A stretch of DNA of 64,000 bases from the human T2T-CHM13v2.0 reference genome, Homo sapiens. A program made the position numbers and the translations under genes. The notes under the pieces are model-generated. The model made no database searches, was not told the DNA's origin, and saw nothing but the letters and a program-made list of their open reading frames with translations. Below are positions 25,631-38,699 of the stretch, in pieces. Location: NCBI RefSeq assembly GCF_009914755.1, contig NC_060928.1; one strand, given 5' to 3'. Within the stretch, counting starts at the first letter, position 1; every line of letters starts with the position of its first letter.

Positions 25631-28600
25631 TTTAAACAGTGTGTGGGTTGTTGCTCCTAGCCTGGCATGGTGCTGGACAAATATTTTCAAGTCCTGGAAT
25701 ACAATTTAGGTAATGAAGATTTTCAAATGGTCTACCCCCTGTGCCTGTCCCTGGCATTTAACATTTGTTTTATGAATATGGACACTTTGACATATATGAT
25801 TGCTTACTGTATCTGTAAACAAATCTGAATCCTTGATGATGCTTCTCATTTACTTAACAAGACCTTTTCTCAAAGGGAGTACAAAGAAACTTCATTCCAA
25901 GCCCCACATAAATCATCTTGAATTCCGAATCAATGGTGACTGAACAAATGTGGTTTTGTGGTATATTGCATTGTTTTACATTCCTGCTTCTGTTAAAATC
26001 ACTATTGGTTTCTTTTGCTTTACCATGATTTTTTTAAGTCCTGGGCAGGCACGTATGTGGCTTATTTTCCCAGTCTCTGTGAGTTTTTGGTACAGTTATC
26101 CAGAGTTCAAATAGAGGGTTACATAAGACTACCATTGACTCAGGTGTTTCACTATTAGGGACCTCCTTGCAGCCTGGGCAACTTCACAAACCAATGTAGA
26201 TATTACTGCAGCACAAGGCAAAAGGACTGTGTGAACCTTCTGGTGTTAAAGACTAGAACTCTGTGTGAATTATTTTCTATTCTGAAAGCCATATAGAACA
26301 ATCAACACAATTAGGGAGACAATACAGTTTTTCTTGTATTTTAGGAGACTCCGAGGACCAAATCAATTCTGATTCTCTAACTTCCTACATAGTGTATTTT
26401 ATTAACTAGAAAGGATAGAGTTTACTAAATGGCAATTTTATTGCTCCCTTTGCCTAGGAAGAGAGCAGTGGGATCTTTAGCTTCTTTATTACAAAAGCAG
26501 TCAGATATTTTATACAGTAATAAAAGCACCAGCTGCCATTTGAGACAGCTAAAGCTATGCGATGAGTACTATGAGTACAACATTAGTAATATTTTCTAAG
26601 AAAACTGTTCATTAAAATGTAAGTTTTTCCCTAACCCCAAACACTACTGGGACTATAAATAGTTATAGACAAGCTACCTTAAACTGGTTAGAGAAAAACC
26701 ATGTTAGGTAATACCTTTGAATACCTCAACTATTAATGCATAGAATAGGAGAAAATAAAGTTACAGCCAAAATGAATTGGGGCAGTACATTTATTTCCCT
26801 CAAAAGTGCATACATTTTTTTCACTTGTCCAAATGTTGTTATATTTCCAACTGATATATAAAAGGAGAAAAATGGCCTGGTAGAATGCATTTGCTATTAT
26901 TAAAATTTGGAATTTTTTTTTAAAGCTGCTGTGTCTTTCAAGTAAATCTCCCAAATCAATTAACTGCTCTAGTTATTAACACTTACTAGCAACTACTTTC
27001 CACAAGTCAGTAGCTAAGAGCATGGCATACAAGGAAAGGAAAACACTATCAGTGTCTTCTACCAGTCAATATTATAATCAAAGAGATGAAATTTAAGTAT
27101 GTGAAATGATACTTAGTAAAGTCAAACAAGTGCTTGTGAAAACTGTTGACACAACGCCATCCGAAGAGTTCAGTGGTAATTTGGCAAGGGTTGTAAGAGT
27201 AATTTTTCAGAAAGAAAATAAGATTTGAGATGGTTCTTGTAAGATGGATGCTATATATTCCCATATTGTAAACAAAATTATGAAAAATTTGATTAATAGG
27301 GAAATTGCAACCCAGAGCCTGCCATTTAGTAAGAATTCCAATATTTGTCAAATGTATACTACTAAAAGAAATTTTAATTTGCACAACAAATATATGAGAA
27401 CTGTACTATTACTATTTGCAACCTACAGATAAGAAATATAAGGCTTAGAGAGTATCCTTGACATTGACAAATTCCGTCATAGAGGAACTGAGTAGTCAGA
27501 TTCTGAAGCACAACATTCTGATCCAAATTATCATACAGAATTATGTGTGAGCTTAAGTGAAACTTGGAACAAGAATTGGTCTGGAGACTGAAATTTGCGG
27601 AGGAAGAAAGTTGTTTGGGATCAGGTTTTGAAGGTCTTTAATGTTAGCTTGAAAGGATTAAGGCTTAGTAATAGAAAACAGGAAGGAAGTGGGTTTGTAA
27701 GAGAGTGTGGGTGTGTCCTAAAAGTCTGTGACTTTTTTTATTGAAATGTGTTCTATTTCTTTCAAATGCAAGAACCTTTAGAAAGAATGCCTTGCTTCTT
27801 ATTTCAGTAATCCTTAAGAATAGGCATTATACTGGAAACAGAGTAAATTAGCATAAACTCTTGAGATGGACAGAGATTTTTTTAGGGCACTTTTATTTTT
27901 CAACTCATATCATTCCTGAAATCTGGAACATGTTATATGTGATAAAATCACTTTCCTATATTATTTTTCCCTAAAACCTCTAGTTACAGAATCTTATAAC
28001 ATATTGTATCTTATAACCCATGGTACCTTTGTTAGAATTTAGGAAAAAGGTCATTTGAAGAATAAAATATAATACGAAATAAAATACAACCTTGAATAGT
28101 AATGTAAGAAAATCATTCTAAAATATAAGAAAAATAAAAAACTAAACCTTAGGGAACAGAGAAAGTATCAAGAATAGAGATAAATTTGCACTTTAAAGAA
28201 TAAATGAATTTTTCATAGTGCAATAGGGTGAGAAAGGTGACATATGCTCATTTAATGGTGAACTAAGACCTTGCTAAGTAATGGAGAATTTTTTAAAAAG
28301 TGCAAGCCTGCTTATTGATTTGTCATTTCAGGTGGGCAATAAAGATTAAAAGAGTATGATGGGTAGCTATGTTACTTTCATCAAGTTAAACAAACTCTGT
28401 AATTTCCAAATTCCTAAGCTGTAAAACTGCCACACATTTAGGGCCATAAAGGCTACTGCTCTCTGACATCCCCCAAAGCCCACCGTAGGGACTTGCTCCT
28501 TTGTCTTCTCCTGCAGGCACAAGATATGATGAGAACACATTGGCTTCCACCTAAACAGTGTCACCATAAGAGAAAAATAGCATCTCATGACCCATCACAT

Positions 28601-29094
28601 CCTGAGAGCTCCCTTTTCACCAGGGCCGAATTCTGAGCAGCCCAAGTACAACCCTTCTTCCAGGGTCTACTCTCTAGGCCACTGTGTCTCAAAGTAGTGT
28701 TTTCCTAGGGTGAAACCCCCTTCCCACATGTTCTACCATATTCCTTTGTAATATCACACTCCTAATTTTCTGTGATGTTTTTTTCTCTCTTAATGCCATT
28801 GACTTCTACTATCAGAAGCCCTATTCTATAGTAAATAAATACTTTTAAACTCTCAATATCATCAGTGAAATTTGCCAGTACATTTGGGAATGAACTGTAA
28901 ACCCTCTCCTGAGGTTTTCACAGCTCATGTGGAAGCTGCCTACCCTCTGATGCTGCTCTTCTGGCATAGGCTGGTACAGGCCTTTGTCCTTTTAACTTCC
29001 CATGACTTTACTCAGGTCATTTCTCTTCTACTCCCCTATAATCTCCTCACATCATTATTATTGTTTTTTGTTTCTTTTTAAATTTATTTTTTGA

Positions 29095-29335
29095 GGACTC
29101 AGCTTTGGTAAAGTATAATTTACATAAATAAAATCCACAAATTTTAAGTGTACAATGCGATAGTTTTGACAGTTGCATTCATTTTTGTAGCCACTGCCAC
29201 AATCATTACAAAGGACATCTCCCTCACCCCCAAAAGTTCTCTGGTACAACCCTGTGTTGTCACTCTCCTCACTCCAGTCCCTCACTCCTAGCAATTACTG
29301 ATTGGCTTCCATTATTATAGCTTTGCATATGGTAT
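29095..29335 (-). mobile_element. L1ME/L1MD 3' UTR fragment
   Basis: agctttggtaaagtataatttacataaataaaatccacaaattttaagtgtaca..gttttgaca. Confidence 0.75.
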
Positions 29336-29346
29336 TTTAAAATTGC

Positions 29347-29855
29347 TTTCATTTTTAATTGACATAATAATTGTATATATTTATGGGATGCTGAGTGATA
29401 TTTTGATACACATGTACAATGTTTAATGATTACATCAGGGTAATTAGCAAACCCATCACCTCAAACATTTATCATTTCTTTTTGTTGGAAACGTTCAAAG
29501 TCCTCTTTTCCAGCTTTTTAAATATATACAATAAATTGTTGTTAATTATAGTCATCCTAGTGCTATGAAACACTGGTACTTACTCCTCCTATCTATGTAC
29601 TTATTAAACAGCTTTTGGGCAACTACCCATCTCTTTCCTCACCTTGAGTAATCACTATTTCACTCTACTTTTATGAGATCAACTTTTTTAGCTCCCACAT
29701 ATGGGTAAAAATATACAGTATTTGTCTTTCTGTGCCTGGCTTATTTTACTTAACACTATGTCCTCGAGTGTCATCCATATCAGCTCAAATAATAGGATTT
29801 TATTCTTTTTTAAGATTAACTAGTATATAAATGTTTATATATTTCACATTTCTCT
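29347..29855 (-). mobile_element. L1MA4-like 3' UTR fragment
   Basis: ttttaattgacataataattgtatatatttatggg..atcagggtaattagca..catcacctcaaacatttatcatttc. Confidence 0.85.
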
Positions 29856-29859
29856 TTTT

Positions 29860-30832
29860 AAAATCTTTTCTTTTTAATTTTTTGTGGGTACATAGTAGGT
29901 GTGTACATTTGTGGGGCACATGAAACATTTTGACACAGGCCTGTAATGTGTAATAATCACATCAGGGTAAAAAGGCCATCCATCACCTTAAACATTTATC
30001 CTTCATGTCACAAACAATCCAATTATACTGTTTTAGTTATTTATAAATGTAAAACTAAATTATTATTGACTATAGTCACCTTGGTGTGACATGAAATACT
30101 AGGTCTTATTCATTCTTCTAACTATTTTTTGGATCTATCAACCATCCCTAATCCCCACCCCCCAGCTCCTGAGCCCCCCACTACCCTTCCCAGACTCTGA
30201 TACCATCCTTCTACTCTATATCTCCATGAGTTCAGTTGTTTTAATTTTTAGCTTCCACAAATAAGTGAGAACATGTAAAGTTTGTCTTTCTGTGCCTAGC
30301 TTATTTCACTTAACATAATGATCTCCAATTACATTCATGTTTTTGCAAATGACAGGATTTCATTCTTTTTTATGGCTCAGTAGCACTCCATTGTGCATAT
30401 ATGCCACATTTTCTTCACTCATTTATCTGCTGATGGATACTCAGATTGCTTCCAAACCTTTGCTATCATGAACAGTGCTGGAATAAACATGGGAGTGCAG
30501 ATATCTCTTCAATATACTGATTTCCTTTCTTTTGGGTATATGGTGAGCAGTGAGATTGCTGGATTGTCTGGTAGCTCAATTTTTAGTTTTTTGAGGAACC
30601 TCCATTCTGTTCTCTGTGGTGGTTGTACTAATTTTCATTCCCACCAACAGTGTACAAGAGTTCCCTTTTCTCTACATTCTCACCAGCATTTATTAGTACC
30701 TGTCTTTTCGATAAAGGACATTTTAACTGGGGTGAGATGACATGTCACTTAAGTTTTGATTTGCATTTCTTTGATTATCAATGATGTCGAGCATGTTTTC
30801 ATATACCTGTTTGCCATTTGTGTTTCTCTTTT
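29860..30832 (-). mobile_element. L1MA1-3-like 3' end (continues at 35587-35683)
   Basis: ttttgtgggtacatagtaggtgtgtacatt..aataatcacatcagggtaaa..acaaacaatccaattatac, then ORF2 C-terminal sequence broken at gccatttgtg. Confidence 0.9.
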
Positions 30833-30849
30833 TTGTTGTTGTTGTTCCA

Positions 30850-31895
30850 ATTTAATTTAGCTCTGCTCTGATCTTTGTTATTTCTTTTCTTCTGCTGGGT
30901 TTGGGTTTGATTTGTTCTTGTTTCTCTAGTTACTTGAGGTGTGGCGTCAGATTGTCTATTTGTGCTCTCTCAGACTTTTCAATGTAGGCATGTAATGCTA
31001 TGAACTTTCCTCTTAGCACTGCTTTTGTTGTGTCCTGGAGGTTTAATAGGTTGTGTTGCTGTTATCATTCAATTCCAATAACTTTTTAAATTTTCATTTT
31101 GATTTCATTGTTGACCCAAAGATCATTCAAGAGCAGATTATTTAATTTGCATGTATTTGTATAGTTTCGAAGGTTCCATTCGGAGTGAATTTCCAGTTTT
31201 ATTCCACAGTGGTCTGAGAGGGTACTTGATATAATTTTGACTTTTGCAGAAATTTATTGAGACTCATACTGTGACCTATCATATTATCTATGTTGGAAAA
31301 TATTCTATGTGCTGATGAAAGGAATGTATAATCTGCAATTGTTGGGTAGAATGTTCTGTAAATATTTGTTAAGTCCATTTGTTTTAAGATATAGCTTAAG
31401 TTCATTGTTTTTTTGTTGACTTTCTGTTTTCATGACCTATCTAATGCTGTCAGTGGAGTATTGAAGTCCTCCACTATTATTGTGGTGCCCTCTATCTCAT
31501 TTCTTAGGTCTAGTAGCAATTGCTTTGTAAATTTGGAAGCTGTGGTGTTAGATGTATATATGTATTTAGGATTGTGACATTTTTCTGTTGGACTACTCCC
31601 TTTATCATTATATAATGTCCTTCTTTCTCTTTGTTGCTTTAAGGTATCTTTCATGTGATATAAAAATAGCTACTCGTGCTTGCTTTTGGTTTCCATTTAT
31701 GTGTAATATCTTATTCCAACCCTTTACCTTAAGTTTGTATGAGTTCTTGTGTGTTAAGTGAGTCTCTTGAAGACAGCAGATACTTGGTTGATGGATTTTT
31801 ATCCATTCTGCCATTCTGTATATTTTAAGTGAAGCATTTGGACCACTTACATTTAATGTTTGTTTTGAGATGTCGGTTATTGTTCTGTTAATCAT
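30850..31895 (-). pseudogene. L1 ORF2p endonuclease domain (disrupted)
   Basis: TLNVSGPNA..RMAEWIK..ICCLQETHL; IVEDFNTPLTALDRS; QMDLTNIYRTFYP..FLSSAHRIFSNIDNMIGH. Confidence 0.93.
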
Positions 31896-32189
31896 GTTAC
31901 TTGTTGCCTAAATACCTTATATTTTGTTATTGTTTTACAAGCCATGTGAGATTTATTCTTTAAGGAGATCCTATTTTGGTATATTTCAAGGTTTTGTTTC
32001 AAGATTTAGAACTCATTTTAGCATTTTTTTAGTTTTGGCTTGGTAGTGATGAATTCCCTCAGCATTTGTTTGTCTGAAAAAGACTTTATCTCATCTTCAT
32101 TTATGAAGTTCAGTTTTGCTGAATATAATTCTTGGCTGACAATTATTTTCTTTCAGGAGGCTAAAGATAGGACCCCAATCCCTTCTGGC

Positions 32190-32229
32190 TTATAAGCTAC
32201 CTGCTGAGAAATCAGCTGATAATCTAATA

Positions 32230-32265
<36 letters not shown>

Positions 32266-32471
32266 TAGGTTACCTGATGCTTTTGTCTCACAGCTCTTAA
32301 GATTCTTTCCTTTGTCTGGACTTTTGATAACCTGATTTCTAAGTGCCTAGGTGATAATCTTTTTGCCATGACTTTCCCAGGAGTTCTTTGAGCTTCTTGT
32401 ATTTGCATGTCTAGATCTCTAGGAAGGCCAGGGAAGTTTTCCTCAATTATTCCCTCAAATATGTTTTCCAA
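32190..32471 (-). pseudogene. L1 ORF1p fragment
   Basis: ENIFEGIIEENFPGL.RDLD.QIQEAQRTP...SPRH..IRLSKV..KERILRAVRQKHQVTYK. Confidence 0.93.
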
Positions 32472-35400
32472 ACATTTAGCTTTCTCTTCTTCCTCAGGGA
32501 CACCAATTATTCTTAGGTTTGGCCACTTAACATAATCTCAAGTTTCTTGGAGGTGTTGTTCATTTTTTAAAATTCTTTTCTCTTTATCTTTGTTTGATTG
32601 GGTTAATTTGAAAGCCTTGTCTTCACGCTCTGAAATTCTTTCTTCTACTTGTTCTAGTCTATTGTTGAAATTTTCCACTGCATTTTGTATTTCCCTAACT
32701 GTGTTGTTCATTTACAGAAGTTGTGGTTGTCTTTTTCTTTATACTATCTATTTATCTGAAAAATTTTTCATCCATATTGTGTATTGTTGTTTTAATTTCT
32801 TTAAGTTGGTTTTCACCTTTCTCTGGTATCTCCTTGAATTGCTTACTAATCAATAACCTTCTGAATTATTTATCTGGCAATTCAGAGATTTATTCTTCAT
32901 TTGGATCCATTGCTAGGAAGCTAGTGTGATATTTTGGGGGTTGTTATAGAACCCCATTTTGTCATATTACCAGAATTACTTTTCTGGCTCCTTCTCATTT
33001 GGGTAGACTATTTCTTAAAATTATTTTTTAATTTATTTTTTATTGGATTGATTTTTCTTTTAATTTAATTTTTTTTATCCCTCTTAAGGATCAGACTTTG
33101 ATGTTTATTTTAGCCTAATTTGATTCTTGGGGCTTCTAGGGGTGAACACTCTGTATGAGATCCTTAGTTATAGAGAGTCTTTATGTGCTGGCTTTCCCTC
33201 ATGCTTGGTTTAGTGGTTATATTCTTGATGTGTGGTCACTGTCTCCTGTGGAATTGGAATGACAGTAATCTCTTGAAGTTTATCTCGTTCTCTCAGAGTG
33301 TACACTTTATTTATTTACTTAATTTTTTCCTGATGTTTTATTTACTGAGTTAATGATTTAGGCTTCAGGCTAATAGGGGAGTTATTCCTGAGTAGGCACT
33401 GGTTGTGGCTAAGGCAGGTGGGTAGATGTAATACCCAATGGTGGGCTAAGGTAGCCTCCTTGATGAAGGAGGCTAGTGGAGCTCTCATTTAGATGTGCTG
33501 AGGTTTTATCAGGGAGAAGAGTGGGAGCTACTTCAGCTCCCCTGCCATGTCAGCAAGAAAGCTATTCACCTTACAGCCTCACTCTTGTCCTAGTGTTTCA
33601 GCCATTCAGATCAGACAGGCACTTCTTTTCATGGACAGAAATGTTGATGTTTTGAGTGGGGAGGGATTGTGACTCTGCTGTTTTTCCAGGCATGGATCTG
33701 GAGTGTGCTCCTCCTGTGGGGCTATACTCACCCTGGATTTTTCCAGAAAGGCTGTCTATAGAGGCCTCCATGCTGCGTTCTTCTGGGAGAAGCCCCAATT
33801 GTGTCTGCAGTACAGTGCCAGGGGAGAACAAGGTCCCCTTCTCCAAGACCCCTCACAATCACAGAGGCTGCCTGCCTGTTGGGGTACCGGTGCAGACGTT
33901 CCCTACTATACCCAGCACTGTGATTGTGTTTCTGCTGTGAGAAACGACCCACCAGCAGAAAGGTCTGGAACCCAAGGGCTGTTGTCCAGATTCTTTTGTC
34001 CCACGGGGTGATCCCTTCATATGGTTCCCTCCCTCTTCCCATAGAGTTGGCATTTCCTAAGAGCCAGACTGCAGGATTATTGCTCTTCTGGATCTAGCCA
34101 CGCATTGGGGCTACTAGGCTCTGGGCTGGTGCTGGGGAATGCCTGCAAAGAGTCCTGTGATGGGACCCATTTCAAGTCTCCAAGCCATGGATACAGGCAC
34201 CTGCTCTGCTAGAGGTTGCAGGGGAGTGATGTAGACTCTGAAAATCATCAGTGAGAATCCTTGGTTGTAGATATGTTCACTGTGCTGACTTTCTCAAATC
34301 CTGTTTATACTAGCAGTGAAGTTGTCATGTGAACAGATTTGGGACCTCTGATTAGCCAGGATGTTGCAGGCAGTGGGATTAGCTGTTGTTTTCACCTTCC
34401 TGGGAGCAGAGTTATTCTGTCATGAATTGCTGTAATGGCCTGAATTGGTAGGCCTCCATAAAGGAGGTGGTCCTTTCAACAGAGCACCAGCTGTGGTAGT
34501 AGTAATGGGATACAAGCTTGCCTTACATTGGCCAGGGGGAGGTATTCTGGTTTCTCAGGTAATGGGTGAGGCCAGAAAGCTCCCAAGAGTTTAAGTCTTT
34601 TGTGTTTGGCAACCAGAGTGGATAGAGAAATATCAGGTAGGGGCAGGATTATGTGGGTCTGAGCTCAGACTGTCCTTGGGCAGGGCTTGCTGAGGCCACT
34701 GTAGGGGTTTAGGGAGTGGTTCTCAGTTTTCTGGGGTAATGTTCCAGAGGGGAGTATGGCTGCCTCTGCTGTGCAGTATAGTTTGCCAGGGAAGTTGGGG
34801 GTAGCAGGTAGTGAAAGGCCTCACCCAGCTCCCACACAGTTGGCAAGCCTGGTCTTGCTCCCTCAGTATCCTATTAACAGCTCCGAGTTTAGATCTGGGC
34901 AGCCTGCACATAAAACTCAGAACAGCCCCAGGCCATAAGCTTCAATGCTGAGAAAGCAAGTGGGGCTTTTAGGCCACATCTCTCCCAATTTGTCCACAAT
35001 ACCAACTTCTGCACTCAAATCTGCAACAGTTCCCTTTTACCCCTGGATTCTGCTCAGGCAGGTTCATGCCCAATCAATATTACTACAAAATTTAGTTTGA
35101 AGCTGCTTTCACCCTGTGACCCCTACTTAATTGTGCTGGCTGCCTTTCCTGAGGGCCCCTGTGAGATATAGTCAGGGATGGCTTCCCTGGGTGCAAGCTG
35201 GAGAATGGGAGTGCCTATAAGGCTCTTCCTGCTGCTACTTCTACATTTATGTTTTGTGTGACTCCCTAAATCCTTTCCAGCTCTAGGTAAGTTTAAATCC
35301 TTCTCCAGTGATCTGGATTTTCAGATTCCCCAGTGGGATATGTTAGGAGGCAGATTTTTCCCCTCTCACACTTTGGGAACTCACAGTTTTTCGCCTGTCT

Positions 35401-35586
35401 CATAGAATTTGTAGCAGCATGCCGCTTCTTTCAGAATATCTGTGAATTCTCTGTTTTCCCGGTACACTCCTGCAATGGTTTTTGGAACAAAAGTTCATGG
35501 TCTGAGTCTCCACACAATCTTCTTTCATTCCAGGTGGGAAATGCACATTAGTCCTGCCTCCTATCCAACATCTTCCTCCTGTCTCC

Positions 35587-35683
35587 TGTATGTCCTCTTT
35601 TGAAAAATGTCTGTTTGGAGCTTTTGTCCATTTTAAAGAATCATGTTAGATTTTTTTCCATAGAGTGATTTGATCTCCTTATA
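35587..35683 (-). mobile_element. Continuation of the L1MA1-3-like element after the L1PB insertion
   Basis: tgtatgtcctcttttgaaaaatgtctgttt..tttccatagagtgatttgatctccttata resumes L1 ORF2 where 30832 stopped. Confidence 0.85.
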
Positions 35684-38508
35684 GATGAATGGATTAAAAA
35701 AAAGACCCAATAATCTGTTGCCTATGAGAAACACACTTCACCTATAAAGTTACAAACAGACTGACAATAAAGGAATGGAAAAAGATATTTCATGCTAAAA
35801 GAAACCAAAAAAGAGCAAGAATAACAATACTTATATGAGACAAAATATATTTCAGGACAAAAACTATCAGAAAAGACAAAGAAGTGCATTATATAATGAA
35901 AAAGTGGTCAACTCAGCAAGAGGATATAACAATTTTAAATACTTATCCACCCAACACTGGAGCACCCAGATATATGAAGCAAATATTACTAGTGCTAAGG
36001 AGAGAGATAGACTCTGATACAAAAATAATAGAGACTTCAACACCCCACTTTCAGCATTGGACAGATCTTCCAGGAAGAAAATCAACAACAACAAAAATCG
36101 GACTTCACCTTCATTATAGGCCAAGTGGACCTAATAGATATTTACAGAACATTTCATCCAACAACTGCAGAATACACATTCTTTTCCTCAGCACATGGAT
36201 CATTCTCAGTGATAAATCATATGTGAGGTCACAAAACAAGTCTTCAACATTCAAACATTGAAATAATATTAAGCATCTTTTCTGATCATAATGTAATAAA
36301 ACTAGAAATCAATAATAGGAATTTTGGAAACTATGCAAACACATAGAAATTAAATAATATGCTCTTGAACAACCAGTGAATCAATGAATAAATTAAGAAT
36401 AAAATTGAAAAGTTTCTTGAAACCAATGAAAATGGAAATACAACATACCAAAACTTATGGGATACAATAAAAGCAGTACTAAGATGGAAGTTTATAGCTC
36501 TAAGTGCCTAAATCAGAAAAGAAGAAAGACCAAATAAGCAACCTAACAATGCATCTTAAAGAACTAGAAAGGCAAAAGCAAACCAAACCCAAAATTAGTA
36601 GAAGAAATAATAAAGATTACAGCAGAAATAAATAAAATTGAAATGAAGAAAATAATACAAAAGATCAAAGAAACAAAAGGTTGCTTTTTTTTTTTGAAAA
36701 GTTAAACAAAATTGAAAAAGCTTTAGCAAGACTAAGAAAAAAAGAGAGAAAATCCAAATACATAAAATCAGAGGTGATAAAGGAGACATGACAATTGATA
36801 CTGTAGAAATTCAAAGGATCATTAGTGGCTACTATGAACAACTATATGCTAATCAACTGGAGAATCTAGTAGAAATTGAAAAATTCCCAAATACATACAC
36901 CTACCGAGATTAGACCATGAAGAAATACAAAACCTGAACAGATCAATAACAAGTGACAAGATCAAAGCCATAATAAGAAGCCTCACAGCAAAGAAAAGCC
37001 CAGGACACAATAGCTTCACTGCAGCATTCTATCAAACATTTACAGAACTAATACCAATCCTACTGAAACTATTCTGAAAAATAAGGGTGGAGGAAATACT
37101 TCCAAACTCATTCCACAAGGCCTGTATTACCCTGATACTTACACCAAAGACACATCAAAAAAAGAAAACTATAGGCCAACACCCTGATAAATATTGATGC
37201 AAAAGTCCTCAACAAAATACTAGCAACCTGAATTCAACAACACATTGAAAAAGATCATTCATCATGACCATGTGGAATTTATCCCGGGGATGCAAGGATG
37301 GTTCAACATACACAAATCAATCAATGTGATACATATCAACAGAATGAAGGACAAAAACCATATAATAATTTCAATTGATGCTAAAAAAATTGATAAAATT
37401 CGGCATCCCTTCATGATAAAAACTCTCAAACAGCTGGGTGTAGAAGGAACATAAGCCATATATGACAGAACTGCAGCTAGTGTCATATCGAATGGAGAAA
37501 AACTGAAAGCCTTTTATCTAAGATCTGGAACATGACAAGGCTGCCCTCTTTCACCACTGTTACTTAACATGTTATTGGAAGTCCTAGCTAGAGCAATCAG
37601 AAAAGAGGAATAATAAAGGACATCCGAATTTGAAAGAAAGAAATGAAATTATCCTTGTTTGCACATGATACAATCTTATATTTGGAAAAGTCTAAAGAAG
37701 TGAAAGATATCTACAATGAAAACTATAAGACATTGACGAAAGAAATTGAAGAGGACACAAAAAATGGAAAGATATTCCATGTCCATTGTTTGGAAGAATC
37801 AATATTATTAAAATGTCCATATTATCCAAAGCAATCTACAGATTCAAAGCAAACCATATCAAAATACCAAGGTCATTCTTCATGGAAATAGAAAACACAA
37901 TCCTAAATTTTATATGGAACCATAAAGACTCAGAATAGCCAAAGCTATCCTAAGCAAAATGTACAAACCTGGAGGAATAACATTACCTGACTTCAAATTC
38001 TACTACAGAGCTATAGCAACCAAAAGAGTTTGTTTCTAGCATAAAAACATATTATGTTCCAATGAAACATAATAGAGAACACAGAAACAAATCCATATAT
38101 CTACAGTAAACTCGTTTTCAACAAAGGGGCCAAAAACTTTGAGGAAAAGATAATCTGTTCAATAAATGGTCCTAGAAAAACTGGGTATCAATATGCCAAA
38201 GAATGAAACTAGATTCCTATGCTTTCCATAGGCAAAACTCAAATCCAAATGAATTAAATATTTAAATCTAAGACCTCAAAGTATGAAACTACTAAAAGAA
38301 AATACTGAAGAAACTCCCAGGACATTGGAGTGGGCAAGGCTTTCTTGAGTAATACCCCACAAGCACAGGCAACCAAAGCAAAAATGGATGAATGGGATCA
38401 CATCAAGTTAAAAAGCTTCTGAACAAGCAAGGAAACAATCAATAAGGTGAAGAGACAACCTACAGACTGGGAGAAAATATTTGCAAGGTACCTATCTGAC
38501 AAGAGATT
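35684..38508 (+). mobile_element. Inverted ORF2 segment (EN to RT) of the L1MA element
   Basis: ORF pieces [66 protein letters not shown]; ends at tatctgacaagagatt. Confidence 0.92.
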
Positions 38509-38699
38509 TTTATTATTTGCTCAGACAATTGTTGCCATGCAAATATAGTACTATTTATCCCATTTCTCCGCTGCCATTTCTGATAGCATTTCAAGTCACA
38601 TCCTCATAGTAATTGACAATCTTAGTTTATGAACTAGAGCCTTCCTCCACACTGACTTTTTCAACATCTTGCATTTCATCAATATTCTTGATCTTCTCA

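Larger units (their letters stand above)
30833..35586 (-). mobile_element. L1PB-type element: 5' UTR + ORF1 + 5' part of ORF2, 3'-truncated
   Basis: Minus strand starts GGAGACAGGAGGAAGATGTTGGATAGGAGGCAGGACTA (L1PBa-like). It carries ORF1 and EN-domain fragments and ends at an A-rich stretch inside ORF2. Confidence 0.9.

Noticed and set aside
33598-34053. Cluster of overlapping ORFs on both strands
   Set aside because: GC-richer L1PB 5' UTR gives chance ORFs; no similarity to a known protein or to L1PA ORF0 seen.
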